From Camelus dromedarius (Eukaryota), in the NCBI RefSeq assembly GCF_036321535.1, contig NC_087436.1, positions 11,656,001-11,720,000 of the forward strand: 64,000 nucleotides of DNA, written 5' to 3'. The notes under the pieces were generated by a model. That model searched no databases, had not been told where the DNA came from, and worked only from the letters and a program-made list of their open reading frames with translations. A program made the translations under genes and the position numbers. Shown here piece by piece: positions 13,699-25,423 of this stretch (the first letter of the stretch is position 1; every line of letters begins with the position of its first letter).

Positions 13699-13827
13699 GC
13701 CTGCTGTACGCTGTCGGGGGCTACGATGGCGCGTCGCGTCAGTGTCTCAGCACGGTGGAGTGCTACAGCGCCGCGGCCAACGAGTGGACCTACATCGCGG
13801 AGATGAGCACCCGGCGCAGCGGGGCCG
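13699..13827 (+). CDS. KLHL2: KLHL2 coding exon (about exon 12)
   Basis: ggctag|GC CTG...GCC G|gtgagt; 129 nt; [43 protein letters not shown](G). Confidence 0.96.
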
Positions 13828-14469
13828 GTGAGTGGGACCGCGGGCAGCGCCTGGAGCACGGAGATTATGGAAGACAATTAAACAGTGATTTGTTGGCATC
13901 TTTTAATGTTTTCGGAAAATATGTCCTGATTCTAGTGACACTGTTAAAATGTCTTTTGAATTATGCGTGTAGAGTAGTAGACTGCTGCATTTAAATTTCA
14001 CTTCGTAAAATTTCTGAAGTGCCGTGTTAAAGACCTCTTTCCTGTTTCATTTCATTATTTATATTGTTTGGCATTGCGTTTACTTTTTTGTTTCTAGTGC
14101 TTATTGGGGAACTTGCTTAATAATCAGCTCTTTTGAGAGCCATTTCTTACACATTTTTTGCTTTAATACTTGTTTGCTTTTATCATGAAAGCTGTTTTCA
14201 GAAGGGTTATATTAAAGGACTTCCCTCTCTGTTTTCAGCTGCATTTTATTTTTATTCTATTTGACATGCTTCTTTTTTAGAACAGTAGTTCTTATTGAGA
14301 TTCTTAAGTGGAATTCTATTCATTTTCATTTCTTAGGTTTTACACTTGAATATTGACTTACTATGAATAATCATTTCAGAAGTTTTATTTGAAAGTCATT
14401 TGAATAAACCCTAATATGTTATAAATTTCTTGTCCCCTTTACTATACTTTGGTTCTTTGTGTTTTACAG

Positions 14470-14610
14470 GTGTTGGTGTGTTAAACAACTTATTGTATGC
14501 TGTAGGGGGTCATGATGGCCCTCTAGTACGAAAAAGTGTCGAAGTGTATGATCCTGCCACCAACTCATGGAGACAGGTTGCAGATATGAACATGTGCAGG
14601 AGAAATGCAG
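14470..14610 (+). CDS. KLHL2: KLHL2 coding exon (about exon 13)
   Basis: ttacag|GT GTT...GCA G|gtattt; 141 nt; GVGVLNNLLYAVGGHDGPLVRKSVEVYDPATNSWRQVADMNMCRRNA(G). Confidence 0.96.
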
Positions 14611-16749
14611 GTATTTGTCTAGTTTATGATTGTGAAATTTATGTTGAATTCTATTTAAAGTTTTACTAGTATCACTGTGTATTTCCATTGTTCTTTTACT
14701 GATCTGAGTTTCCCTAATAGACTTGCTCTTTAAAGGCAGAAACTTTCGTAATAATCTTATATAGTGAATGCCTAGCTTAGTGTCTGCAGCATAGCACGTT
14801 GATGAGATCCTTCAGTTAACTTATAACTTCTGTTAGAGGCTGCTTTTTGGTAATGATCATATAAACTAAATTAGAGGAGGAACCCTCTTTATTTGATACT
14901 TGAATTCATCCATTCTCAGCACAAACCTTTTTGAGTCCCTACCAGGTAGCATGTTCTGGAGCCCAGTTCTCAAGGCATTTAGCCTAGTTGAGTAAATATT
15001 TATACCAGATTAAGAAGCTGGTTGTTAATCTGAATCTGGAGGGGAAGCCTGAAGAAGGTAACTCCAATTTAATACAGTTAAGGATTTCTAGAAAATGGAA
15101 AAGCTAAAACAACAACAGTAATTTTAAGAAAGCTGAGGTCTTCAAGATTAGGGAACTAACTGCTTAAAAAGAAGATATATGGAAGGGAAATAGAAATGGA
15201 AAATGGATTCAGGATAGCTAGGTACTGATTTTGGGAAATGCTAGTCTTCCTGGAAACACCGTTATCTTCATGCCAGTTCTCATAATCCAAAATAAATTCC
15301 TGGTGATTCTCAAACTCACTGTGCACCATTGGATGGTGTTGCAGGATGCACCCTCCATTCCCCCAGAAACAGATCTCCTTAATTTCTCTTTAATTTCAAT
15401 GTGATCACTAAGGGAGACTAAGTATGTAGGACTGCAAGAACTCCCACTGCAGAACAGAATATATAGTTCATCCTACTAGACCTTCCATCTCACACAGTCA
15501 GCTGTGCTTGGTGAAGTACTAAAACCCCCTCAACTATGGATAGTCCAGAACCATGGAAAAACCCACACGTCTGGTCCCTAAGTCGAATTAAGTGCTTGTC
15601 TCCAGCACGTGAATTTAGAAAAGCGTATGGGTATGTGCTTCCTGGATTAGGGAATTTAGTTGCAGTTTGAACTTTCATTATTACTTTCTTATAGATTATT
15701 CCAATTTTATTTTTTCTCTACCCTTGTTTTACTGTTTTCAAATCAAAATTAGCTCACTTCTTCCAGCCAGCAGAATAAGGAGATAATTTGTGTATGTAGA
15801 GCTATTGTCATCCCACTCTTGCTTTTCAGGTGCTTGAATTACCTTTAAATGATACGAGTTTGCTTCCTGTCAAGAGGCTAGAATAGTAACACATTTGAGT
15901 TTGAGGAGAGAAGATCTGCTCTGTTTGCATAGAAGCCACTGTTGCTGGTGCACTTTAAATGCTGTATAGAGATTGGGCTCATTGTTTTATACTAGAAATC
16001 TGCAAGCACCTGTTAATTGTGTTAGCAAAACTGTCTACAGAACTCCAGGGACCACTGTGCGGGCAGCATCCTTCTGGATGTTTTGTTTAATGCTAGTTCA
16101 TAAAAAGCTCTGAATCTTGTTTAAAATTATTAAATATGCTTTTTAAAAAATAAATTGAAATAAAGAGCTGTTAAAAGGTGTTTGCCTTTTCAGTCAGCAG
16201 TTTCCTTTGTAAAATTTACGTTAAGAGAACTGTTGCACAAGTATGCAAAAATGTGTGTAAGAGGGATCTTTGTTCATTGCAACATCATTGATGAGAGCAA
16301 AAAAACTGAAACTAACTTGAAACCCATCAGTAAAAGACAAATAAATTATGGTATTATCATGAATGGAATACTATCCAGGCATTAAAAATTATGTAGATCT
16401 GTATTTATTAACTTGGGGAAATCTCCAAGGTATGTATTGTTTAGTGGGAGTGAGTAAAAAGTAGCATGTGTAACATGTGTACTGTGAGCTACTCTGGGGT
16501 TAAAAAAAAGGAGTGTCTTGAGTATATATGCGTCCTGCAAGAGTAGAGATCAGAATTTCAATTATCAGGATTCTGAGTGATATAGGACTAGCGGTAGTCT
16601 TTTTTTTTTATACTTTTCTAGATGTTTTTAATTTTTTCCAACCCCCCCATGTTATTCTATTAATAATGAAATAAATAATACTGTTCTCCCCTTTTAAAGG
16701 AGCTAAAATAGATAATCAGTCAGTTTGATTAAAATTTAGAATCATTTTT

Positions 16750-16775
16750 ACCTTCTACTATATATAGTAGAAGGT
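16750..16775. repeat. Perfect 26-bp palindrome
   Basis: accttctactata|tatagtagaaggt equals its own reverse complement. Confidence 0.95.
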
Positions 16776-17149
16776 GAAATATATATATATTTATTTCCTT
16801 AGCATTCCCTTAGAAGCTGACTTTGGAAGAGTTTCTACTTCTTCGACTTTTAATTTTCTTTTTTTTTTTTTAATAAAGTAGAAAGTAAAATAGTTTCTAA
16901 CCTGTAAAGTAAGGTTACTGTGAAGGTTAAATGAAATAATGCGTATATAAAGCAACTATGGCGTAAGTGACATGGGTAGGACCTTACAGTAGGTTTTTAT
17001 TAAGGAATTCTTTCTGGGCTCCCCATCTTCTCTTCTTGCCTCTTCCAAGGAAGTAAGTGTCTCCTGATCACCTCATCAGACACTTACAGAGATATTTGTA
17101 TTCATCCAAATTCTTAAAATAATTATTCTCTCTCTGTAATTTTTTAAAG

Positions 17150-17293
17150 GAGTTTGTGCAGTAAATGGTCTGTTATATGTCGTTGGAGGGGATGATGGTT
17201 CCTGTAACTTGGCATCGGTAGAATATTATAACCCAACGACTGATAAATGGACAGTTGTGTCATCTTGTATGAGCACAGGGAGAAGTTACGCAG
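17150..17293 (+). CDS. KLHL2: KLHL2 coding exon (about exon 14; missed by the ORF track)
   Basis: ttaaag|GA GTT...GCA G|gtaata; 144 nt; manual translation [48 protein letters not shown](G). Confidence 0.95.
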
Positions 17294-18475
17294 GTAATAA
17301 TCTTCAGTTTTCTCACAGTCTTCTATTGTAACACAAAAAGATTATATCATTATAATTTTTACATGAAGAGCATTTTATGTCAGGAAAGAGTCTTTTCTCA
17401 AAGTATATTTTATTTCTCATTCTCAAATTAATAAGTATAGGATATGTGTATCCTGAAATAAAACACAAGTATTCTTCTGTCATTGTGCAGTCATTTGTGT
17501 TCAAACTCACAAATCTTCCCAGTGTAGAATCATCATAAAATGTAATATGGCTAAACTAACATCTGTATGCAGTGGTGTGGAATTCACTACGTGGCAAGCC
17601 TTTAATTACTCTGACATCCATAAGATACAACCCCTACAACGTCTGCCCCAGATGGGCTCCATGTGTTAGTATTACAGTGAGGCTGCAGAGTCCTTTTCTT
17701 CCTTAAGCACAGCACGGATTGAATTATAAAATACCATTTTGGTCCATTCTTTTAGTAAGAGAAATGATAATACTCCTAATAAATACAACACTGAGTCTTT
17801 AAAATTGTAAGTTGCTTATTAATTATTCTGATGATACATATTTATATTGCTTTAATATTAGAATGTTTCAGTGACATTCTAATATTGATCCAACAGTGGA
17901 GAAAAAAGAAGTTTATACTAATTAGCCATCACTGTTCTTTATGTATCATCCAAAACAGCACCTAGTAGAATATATACAGTAGGATCCCAGAATAGCATTC
18001 CTAAAAATTACGTGAATTTTTTTAAACAGCTTCATTGAGATATAATTGACATAGAATAAGTAGCATATATTTAAAGTGAACAGTTTTATTAGTTTTGACA
18101 TATGTACATAACCATGAAACCACCACCACAATCAACATAATGAATATTCATCACTCTCAAAAGTTTCTTTGTACCCCTTTGAGTATTAGGTGGATTTTAG
18201 TATTTCCTGAGTGAAATTGTTTTCCCTTAATTGTAACTGTGAAGAACAAGAGACTAGTTCAAATAGTCCGATGTAGTTTTGGGCCGTGATTTTTAAACAA
18301 AGATTTCATTGTCGTTTAGATGAAAATGATAGTAGGGCAAAAGAAAGAGATTTTGAAACATCATGATCTGTTCAGCCCCTGTTACTTAAGTAATAGAATA
18401 AAAAATTCCATATTTTCTCAGAGATACAGAATGCTTCCTGTGACTTCTGTCTTATTTCTTCATTTCTTTGTTCAG

Positions 18476-18504
18476 GAGTCACAGTTATTGATAAACCATT
18501 ATGA
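18476..18504 (+). CDS. KLHL2: KLHL2 last coding exon (C-terminus and stop)
   Basis: Long pyrimidine tract, ttcag|GA GTC ACA GTT ATT GAT AAA CCA TTA TGA = GVTVIDKPL*, completing the Kelch propeller. Confidence 0.93.
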
Positions 18505-19595
18505 GCCCGAAGGACATTTTTGGCATATTTACACATGAGAAGCAGGCTTCAACAAGTACTTCTGAAGTGACTGAGAGTCGAGCACTTCTCCACTTGTAGC
18601 TGCACTGTGAGTCTCCGCAGAAGGTAAGATCATCTGCCTTTATAGGCCTCAGATACTGAAGATTATTTTTGGTAGATGCACCGCGTAGGCTTTCTCTGCA
18701 ATGAGCAGCAGCTGACTGAATTTTAATAAGAAACTTGGACTGCAGGATTGTTCTGCAGTCTTTGGACAACAGTTGCTTTCATAAAGACTAGTTAATCCAC
18801 CTTGAATGACTATGGATTATTTTTTGAAGGGGGATAAAGTAATTTGTGTTCCTGTAAAACTAAATTTCCTCTTTATTCCTTCTCTTGAAAATCTGTATAC
18901 ACAAGAACTGAAAATCTTTGAACAGGTATTAAAATCTTATGTACGTATACAAACTAATTGAGGGATAAAACTGTTTGCTTTTATAAAATGTTTGATTACA
19001 TGAGTATAATAATTTGTGTGCATATAAATGTGTGTCTATATGCTTTCCTTTAAATATGTTTGAAAAGATGTTTGAAACTTGATTATACTATTTATAATTG
19101 GCACAGTACTTTGAATTATGCCAGTACTACATTGTAAAACAGAGTTGTATTTTTTGATATTTAACAATGCTTAACACTTTAAAATGCCACTTCTGAGGAA
19201 TGAATACGGTGTGACACACTTGAATACATGTGTGATGCCAAACTTTTTTAAAATATAAATTATGCTTATTTATTATTTTCTTTGGTTTAATCTTGGTCAT
19301 GTTTTGGTGTGTATTTTTAATTTTTTTCTTAAAGTAACACTTCGGCATGAACATTACTGCAGGTTTTTGATGAATACAATGAATGTATGGAATTCAACTG
19401 AATTTGCATGGTCTTAAGAATTTTTTCTGTGTGAATAAATTTAGCTGCTATTAACAGAAGAGAGAACTTTCTGTCAGTAGCTATGTGCGTTGATCAGATA
19501 CAATTTTTCTGAGATGTTCAATTAATCTCACTTTAAAAATGACCAAAACATGTCTTTCTTGAATTAACTTTGAATAAAAGTTTGTATATTATTTG
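18505..19595 (+). other. KLHL2: KLHL2 3'UTR
   Basis: AT-rich, repeat-free stretch after the stop; AATAAA at 19434-19439 and 19573-19578, the latter followed by T/GT-rich sequence; 3' end approximate. Confidence 0.75.
19573..19578 (+). terminator. KLHL2 probable main polyadenylation signal
   Basis: AATAAA followed by U-rich downstream element; alternative AATAAA at 19434. Confidence 0.7.
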
Positions 19596-22551
19596 CTTCA
19601 CGTTGTCCTTGATTTTTATCTATTTAGTTGCCTGCTCACTTTTTGTGTTCTTTTATAAAATTTGCATTTGCTAACTTCATAAATCAATATTTTGAATTTG
19701 TTGCTCAAGTAACCTACAAGGCAAGTCTGTTAAATCAGTAACTGAAGGCACTGAAAACTGTTTTCCAAGAAGAAGCTACCTCAACTTCTTCAAGTTGAGC
19801 AAAGTCAAGGCAAAAGTCTCCCAAGGACTGGTGAAATTTAAAGTTATTGTGTTCTTCTATCCCTGATATGGGCAGGACACAAAATAAAACAACTAGCATG
19901 GGCCAAAAGGAAAGTCAAAGTGAAAATACCTACTGTAAAGCAACTGAGAAATAAATTACCGTTTTGATACCAAATAAAAAGAATTAAGGAAATAGGGGTG
20001 AGGTGGCCAGCTGAGGGGCTGGACGTGAGAGGGGTGAAGGGATGTGGTGGCTGCTCCTCAGGAATTTAACAGCTAGGCATGAGCTGTTGCCAGAATAGTC
20101 GATAATCAAGAGAAAAGAAGTACACCTGTAGCAAAAAGTTCTGTTTAGCTAGTGTATTCACATTTAAACATAGAATATATTTAATGCCATATATATATAT
20201 ATATAAAATTCCATTATAAGTGGAAATATAAAGAATTTAATCAAAAAGAAAAAGCCTGTGTTCACCGTATGAAAGCATGAATTTCTGCATTAGCGTAGCT
20301 CCAAGAACACCCATTCTCAGCAAACATGTTGAAGATCTAATAAACTTGGAGCACTGCTAGCTGCTTCTGACAGTGGCACCAAGAAAAATGTATCATTACT
20401 TTTCCTAATCACTTTTAAACACTAATGTTCCATGAAACTCTCCATGAATCTGTCAATTAAAGATTTATCTAAAATTTTTTGAAGCCTTTCTTAAAATACA
20501 ATCTCTTAGAGTAATCAAGTCTTAAATACTTAGCACATCAGATACCTCTTTGTCTTTTCTTTCTTTGAAGATTTGACCGCTATACCATAAAACAGCTTGC
20601 CAGGGTTTGTCAGTAGCTAGAGTCATAACTGAGATTTCAGAGCTTTGAATATACCCTCCGAATATACACTTTCAGGCATATAAAAGTGTTCCTGACTTGT
20701 CCTATTATTGTACAAAAATAGAGAGGTCAGAAGTCTTAGAAATCCTGTCAGGGACACAGCATGCAGTGTGAACAAAGTTCAAGGCTAAATCTGTGTGTAC
20801 TGTGAAGCAACTCTGCTGCCTGCCTCACTTGGCTCTGCACCTTCTTGATTGAAAGCAGAGATGGTGTTAAGGTGGATGGTGTGTCTACTTTCAGTTCCCC
20901 TCTTGTTCCTTACGGACTCTGGCAGATGATTCCTGTTTTTTTTTTTTTTTAATTATCACCCCTTGTAAGACAGCATGAGGACCCTGGTATTTATAATCTC
21001 AGCTGCTGATGAGTTATGAGACTTTTATTAGCATAAGGGTAGAATAACATAACACAGCGATGTGCTAATAAGCCTGCCTTTTCTTTCAAGTGTGGACTTG
21101 AGCAAATTGCCTCCTACTGACTTGTCTGGCTGCCAGCGTCTCATTTTGGAGAGGAGGCTACGTGGGAAAATGGAATCACACTTTGAATCAAGTTTCTGGC
21201 TTTCAGGACTCCAAGGGGAAAAGCAGTTCAATCTACAGGAATCAGATGGCTCTTGAGTTTGCCTCCCCCTCTGTCAATTGCTAGCTGTGACTTTAAACAC
21301 ATTTTTTTCATCTTTGACCCTTCGTCTTATCTAAAATGGCAACAGTAGTGTCTCTGTCACTTGCAAGGTTATTGAGGAGTTTGAACAGAATGATGTATGT
21401 TAGTGTGCTTGAAATACAGAAGACCCTCTGTAAATTACCACTATTGTCGCAGTTCACTGAACCATTTCTTCATTGTAAGGAAATAAGTGAGTTGAGCTTA
21501 TTTCTGTAGTTTTGCAGCCATATCTATTTCCGCTCAGCTCTAAATCTTTGAGATTTAAAATAACTTGACCCCTTCACATACATACACCTGCTCTGGTATA
21601 AAAAATGTATCTACTGTGGTAGGATTTTACGTCAGAATAATCAACGTAGTATTATTGAGCACTTGCTGTATTTCAGACACCGTGCAAAGGGCACATACAC
21701 GATCATATTATTGTCACAACAAACATCATTATAATACCTGTTTTACAGAGGTACTAGATAAAACTTAGAGAAGTAAGTTATCTAAGAGCAAACTGCTGAG
21801 TGACAAAGCCTGGCAGGTCTGACCCCGCAGTGCAAGCTCTTAACACTGGTTGACGGAGGGCAGCAGGTTTGGGCAGAGGGAAAAGTGGGCTGCGGCACAG
21901 TCATATCCAGGACCCCAGCCAGTATGGGCGGGTGTCTAGAGCCAGGCTGGCCAAGCAAAGGAGTGGCTTTCCTGTCATGATACTTTATAAAGAAAGTGGG
22001 TGTCAAACAAATGGGACAGACGAATGGGTAGAGGTCACTGGACCTGACGAGACACATCCTTCAAGCAGGGGCTTCCTAAAGCAGATGGTACCTGAATCGA
22101 TGGGTGGGGGAGGAGCTGCTGGCCCCTTATTGCAGGCAGGAGAGCCAGTCTTAGCATAGCCCTGAGAAACGACAGCATCCTGTATATATAAAGTGCCTTC
22201 AACTAGACCGAGTGGTACCCTCTTAAGCGAAAGCTTAAATTCGTATGTGACTCCCATCCGTGCACACTCCAGGGCGGGAGGCGGCCGAGCCCAGCTGCAG
22301 GTCTGCTGTCGCGACCAGGCTCTCCTAACCCGAAGCCTCGGCTTCCCGTCCGCAAGTGGAGGCGGGCTGCATTTGAAGTTCCCCAAGTCCCATGTACAGG
22401 TAGAGGTTATCAAGGGGTACTAGGGCTGCGGACCGGAAAGAGGGTGGTCTAAACCCGGGGCGCACCAGCAGGAAGGGTGATCTGTGAACACAGCGAGCGC
22501 GGCGACCGAAGAACCCACGCTCCACAGCCTCCCGGATCGCGCAGGAGCCTG

Positions 22552-22802
22552 GGGGCGGGGCCGAGGTTGCTAGGCGACACCTCGCGGTCTCACGTCCGTC
22601 CTCCTCTGCAGGCCGCGCGCTCCCGCCCATAGGCTCCTCGGCGCTGCTACTGGCCGGTCGCCTAGCTCTCACGATCCTCACTCCATCCGCGCAGCCAATG
22701 GCCTCGCAGCCAGTGCTCCGGTCTCTTGAGTCACACGATGCCGTCAGCCGCACGGACCAATCACAGCGCCTGGAAGGCGGGGCAGGGCACTCACAAGCCA
22801 AT
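22552..22802 (+). promoter_or_regulatory. Sterol-responsive module: SRE-like sites, three CCAAT (NF-Y) boxes, two GC (Sp1) boxes
   Basis: GC boxes 22552-22561 and 22776-22783; SRE-like CTCACTCCAT 22677-22686 and GTCACACGAT 22730-22739; CCAAT at 22695, 22757, 22798; classic SREBP/NF-Y/Sp1 layout of cholesterogenic promoters. Confidence 0.8.
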
Positions 22803-22829
22803 AACGGCGGGAGGAACTGGCTACCCCTG

Positions 22830-22915
22830 GAGCGGCTAGAGCCTAGCCGAGCTCGCGAGGCGGCGGCGGCGGCGGCGGCGGAGGCGGCAGTGGCGGCAGA
22901 CCGTGCGGCGTCTAG
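22830..22915 (+). other. MSMO1: MSMO1 non-coding exon 1 (start approximate)
   Basis: Strong donor TAG|gtgagg at 22915/22916 just downstream of the CCAAT cluster; TSS cannot be fixed from sequence. Confidence 0.75.
22859..22897 (+). repeat. GGC trinucleotide repeat (GGC)7 GGA (GGC)2 AGT (GGC)2
   Basis: Read directly. Confidence 0.95.
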
Positions 22916-23702
22916 GTGAGGGGCCCGGATAGAGGGGGGCGCGGCTAGCACTCGCGGGTGGAGGTCTGGATGGAAGTCAGGATAGAGCGTCTGGCCGCGG
23001 GCGCGGGTGCGGGTGGAAATGGGTGAAACCCCTCAGTGACGGAACGGGGCACGGCCCTCAGCCGTCCGGGAACAGTGGTCACAACACAGGGTGGCAGAGT
23101 GACCAGAGTTCTACAAAAAGAAAAAGGAAGATTTGTTTGTATGCGCGGCGGGGCGTGCGGTGGGGAAGGGCATCCGAGGAAAGTACTGAAGGATGAATAG
23201 GAGTTGAGCAGAGAACCGTACTGGCAAGGGACAATGTTTCGTGGGCAAAGACGAAGCACAGGATGGTCAGAGCCCATCGTGTAGGAATACGGAGGGTGGG
23301 AGAGAGAAGGTGAGCGAGGAGGACAGCAGAGGCCTAGGCCCTTATCCGTGGGAAGGCGCTACCTGAAACCGTGAGGTCTGGAGAAGGGGCGAGCCCTGTC
23401 TGCTGTTGAGAGGGTTGCTGGCTTCGTGTCCTAGAGGGAGGTTTAACAAGAGCACGGTTGGAGGTGCGATCCGGGCTCGGCAAAGGGCGGACACTGCTGG
23501 CGCGCTCAGAAAGCTAAACTATAAGTTTCTTGGGGAATCCACAAACGACTACATTTCTTTCGTCCGAGCATGTAGCAGGACTCCAGTGAGTCTGGTTGTG
23601 TAAGGCTGAGAAAAGGAAAAGATATTCAGTCTTTATTTCCCCTCCCCTCTCCTCTTTAATTCCGATTGTTTACTCTTGTTCAGCTGGCAGAAGTGTATCC
23701 AT

Positions 23703-23744
23703 TTCCCTCCCTTGGGTTCCCTCCCTTGGGTTCCCTCCCTTGGG
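23703..23744 (+). repeat. Tandem repeat (TTCCCTCCCTTGGG)x3
   Basis: Three identical 14-mers at 23703, 23717 and 23731. Confidence 0.95.
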
Positions 23745-24779
23745 TCTGAATGTTAATTAAATCAGTTATTTCTAAATCGGGAAAGTGTTTGAAGACTTAA
23801 CTCAGGCAGCGGAGACAGAGATCAAGAACTTCCGAGATAACTAAACAGGTGGTGTGGCCAGTTCAGTTTTTTGAGCAGGGTTGCAGGGAGCAGTGGCAGA
23901 ACTTTTGGACGTGTTGAACTTGACGTGCCTGTGAACCGTCGAAGCAGAAATTACTTTTGGATAACCAGTACCTGGAGTTTAGGAGAGAGGCCTAGAGAGA
24001 TTGTAGATATCGCTGTAGTCTTAAAACTGGGAACAGATAAGGTAACTCCAGGTAATCTGGAATAGTTAGAAAGGGATTAAAAAAGCATGCCTGGGACAAG
24101 CTCTCCAGCCTCAATTCTCGAGCCTTCCTTTCTCAGAAGCTGTACCACAGACATAGTAAATCAGAAAGTTCTGTATCCTTTCTCATCTCCTGTTTGAGTC
24201 TTTGGATCTGATGTCTCTACTCAAAACATGCCCTGTTCCCCTGTCCAACCCTACTTTACTCTTTTAATCTGGTCACCTCCCCTCTATGTTCCAGGTTTGA
24301 TTTTAGATGCATCTTTCTCTAGAAATCTTCCCTAGAACTCTCTGTTCTAGCACTTGATATTTCCACCTCTTTATTGTTCTTGTCACAAATTTTATGACAG
24401 TCTGGTTACTTCTTTGTGTTCCTCACTAGGTTTTATGTTTTGAAGTCAGGGTGAGGTCAGCAGCTAGCACAGTGGCTGCTCATAGTAGCACACATTGAAT
24501 CAGAGTCAATACGTATGAATCCTAAGAATCAGGAAAGGAGGGTATTTCAAGGAGAGAAGTATCAAATCTCACAGATTGGCTGAAAAAAAACTCCAAAAAT
24601 GTTTGTTGGATCTGGCAGCTAGGAGACCCTTAGATTAAGAGTAAATTCAGTGCATTGATTAGAATAGGAAACAGGTTGTGATGGCTGGAGAATAGATGGG
24701 CAGTGTGAAAATGAAGACAGCCTATGTGGAATACTCTTACTGTAATATTAATTTGTGCTTTGTTATTTAGGATCACAGG

Positions 24780-24990
24780 ATAGCACGATGGATGAGCATA
24801 CAGGCTCCTTCACTTAGCGTTTCTGTCTCGAGAAAGTTACTTAATCTTTCTACACCTCAGTTTTTCATTTGTAAAATGGGGATAATAAAATTGCCCACCT
24901 CGAAAAGGGTGGTAAGGATTAAAGTCTTTAATATGCACAGAGCATGTAACACCCTAGAACACAGTGGCATGTAGATAATGCTTCATAATT
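24780..24990 (+). mobile_element. MIR SINE remnant
   Basis: aagttacttaatctttctacacctcagtttttcatttgtaaaatggggataata, the MIR core. Confidence 0.7.
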
Positions 24991-25423
24991 GTTCGCTTCT
25001 TGAAGCTACTGTGTGTCAGGTCCTGTGGTAAGTGCTTCACATGCATTAGTTCTTGGACCCATTAGAAGAACCATACTATTATGTTTATTATTCCTTATTT
25101 TTCAGCTTTATTGAGGTATAGTTGACAAATAAAATTGTAAGATATTTGAAGTGTGCATTGTGGTGATGGGATACACACATGCATGGTGAAAAGATTCCAT
25201 CCTCTAGTTATTATTGTTACTCTTTACATTTTAAAGATAATAAGACTGAGGCTCAGAGAAGTTACTTAACTTGCTCAAGGTCACATAGCTAGTCAGTGGT
25301 GTTGGTTCAGCATTGTCAGATTTGGGAATGACCTCATGAAAAATGAGGATTGGAACAATTTTTATCTTGTAATTTAGGAGATTGAAGGAGTTTTGGTGTG
25401 AGTGGGGAGCCAGACTGCAAATA

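Larger units (their letters stand above)
22200..23580. promoter_or_regulatory. CpG island / MSMO1 promoter
   Basis: Dense CpG and high GC against AT-rich flanks; boundaries by eye. Confidence 0.9.

Noticed and set aside
22325..22951. 208-aa antisense ORF with poly-Ala over the MSMO1 promoter
   Set aside because: The poly-Ala is just the GGC repeat; composition is low-complexity R/A/P/S with no recognisable domain.
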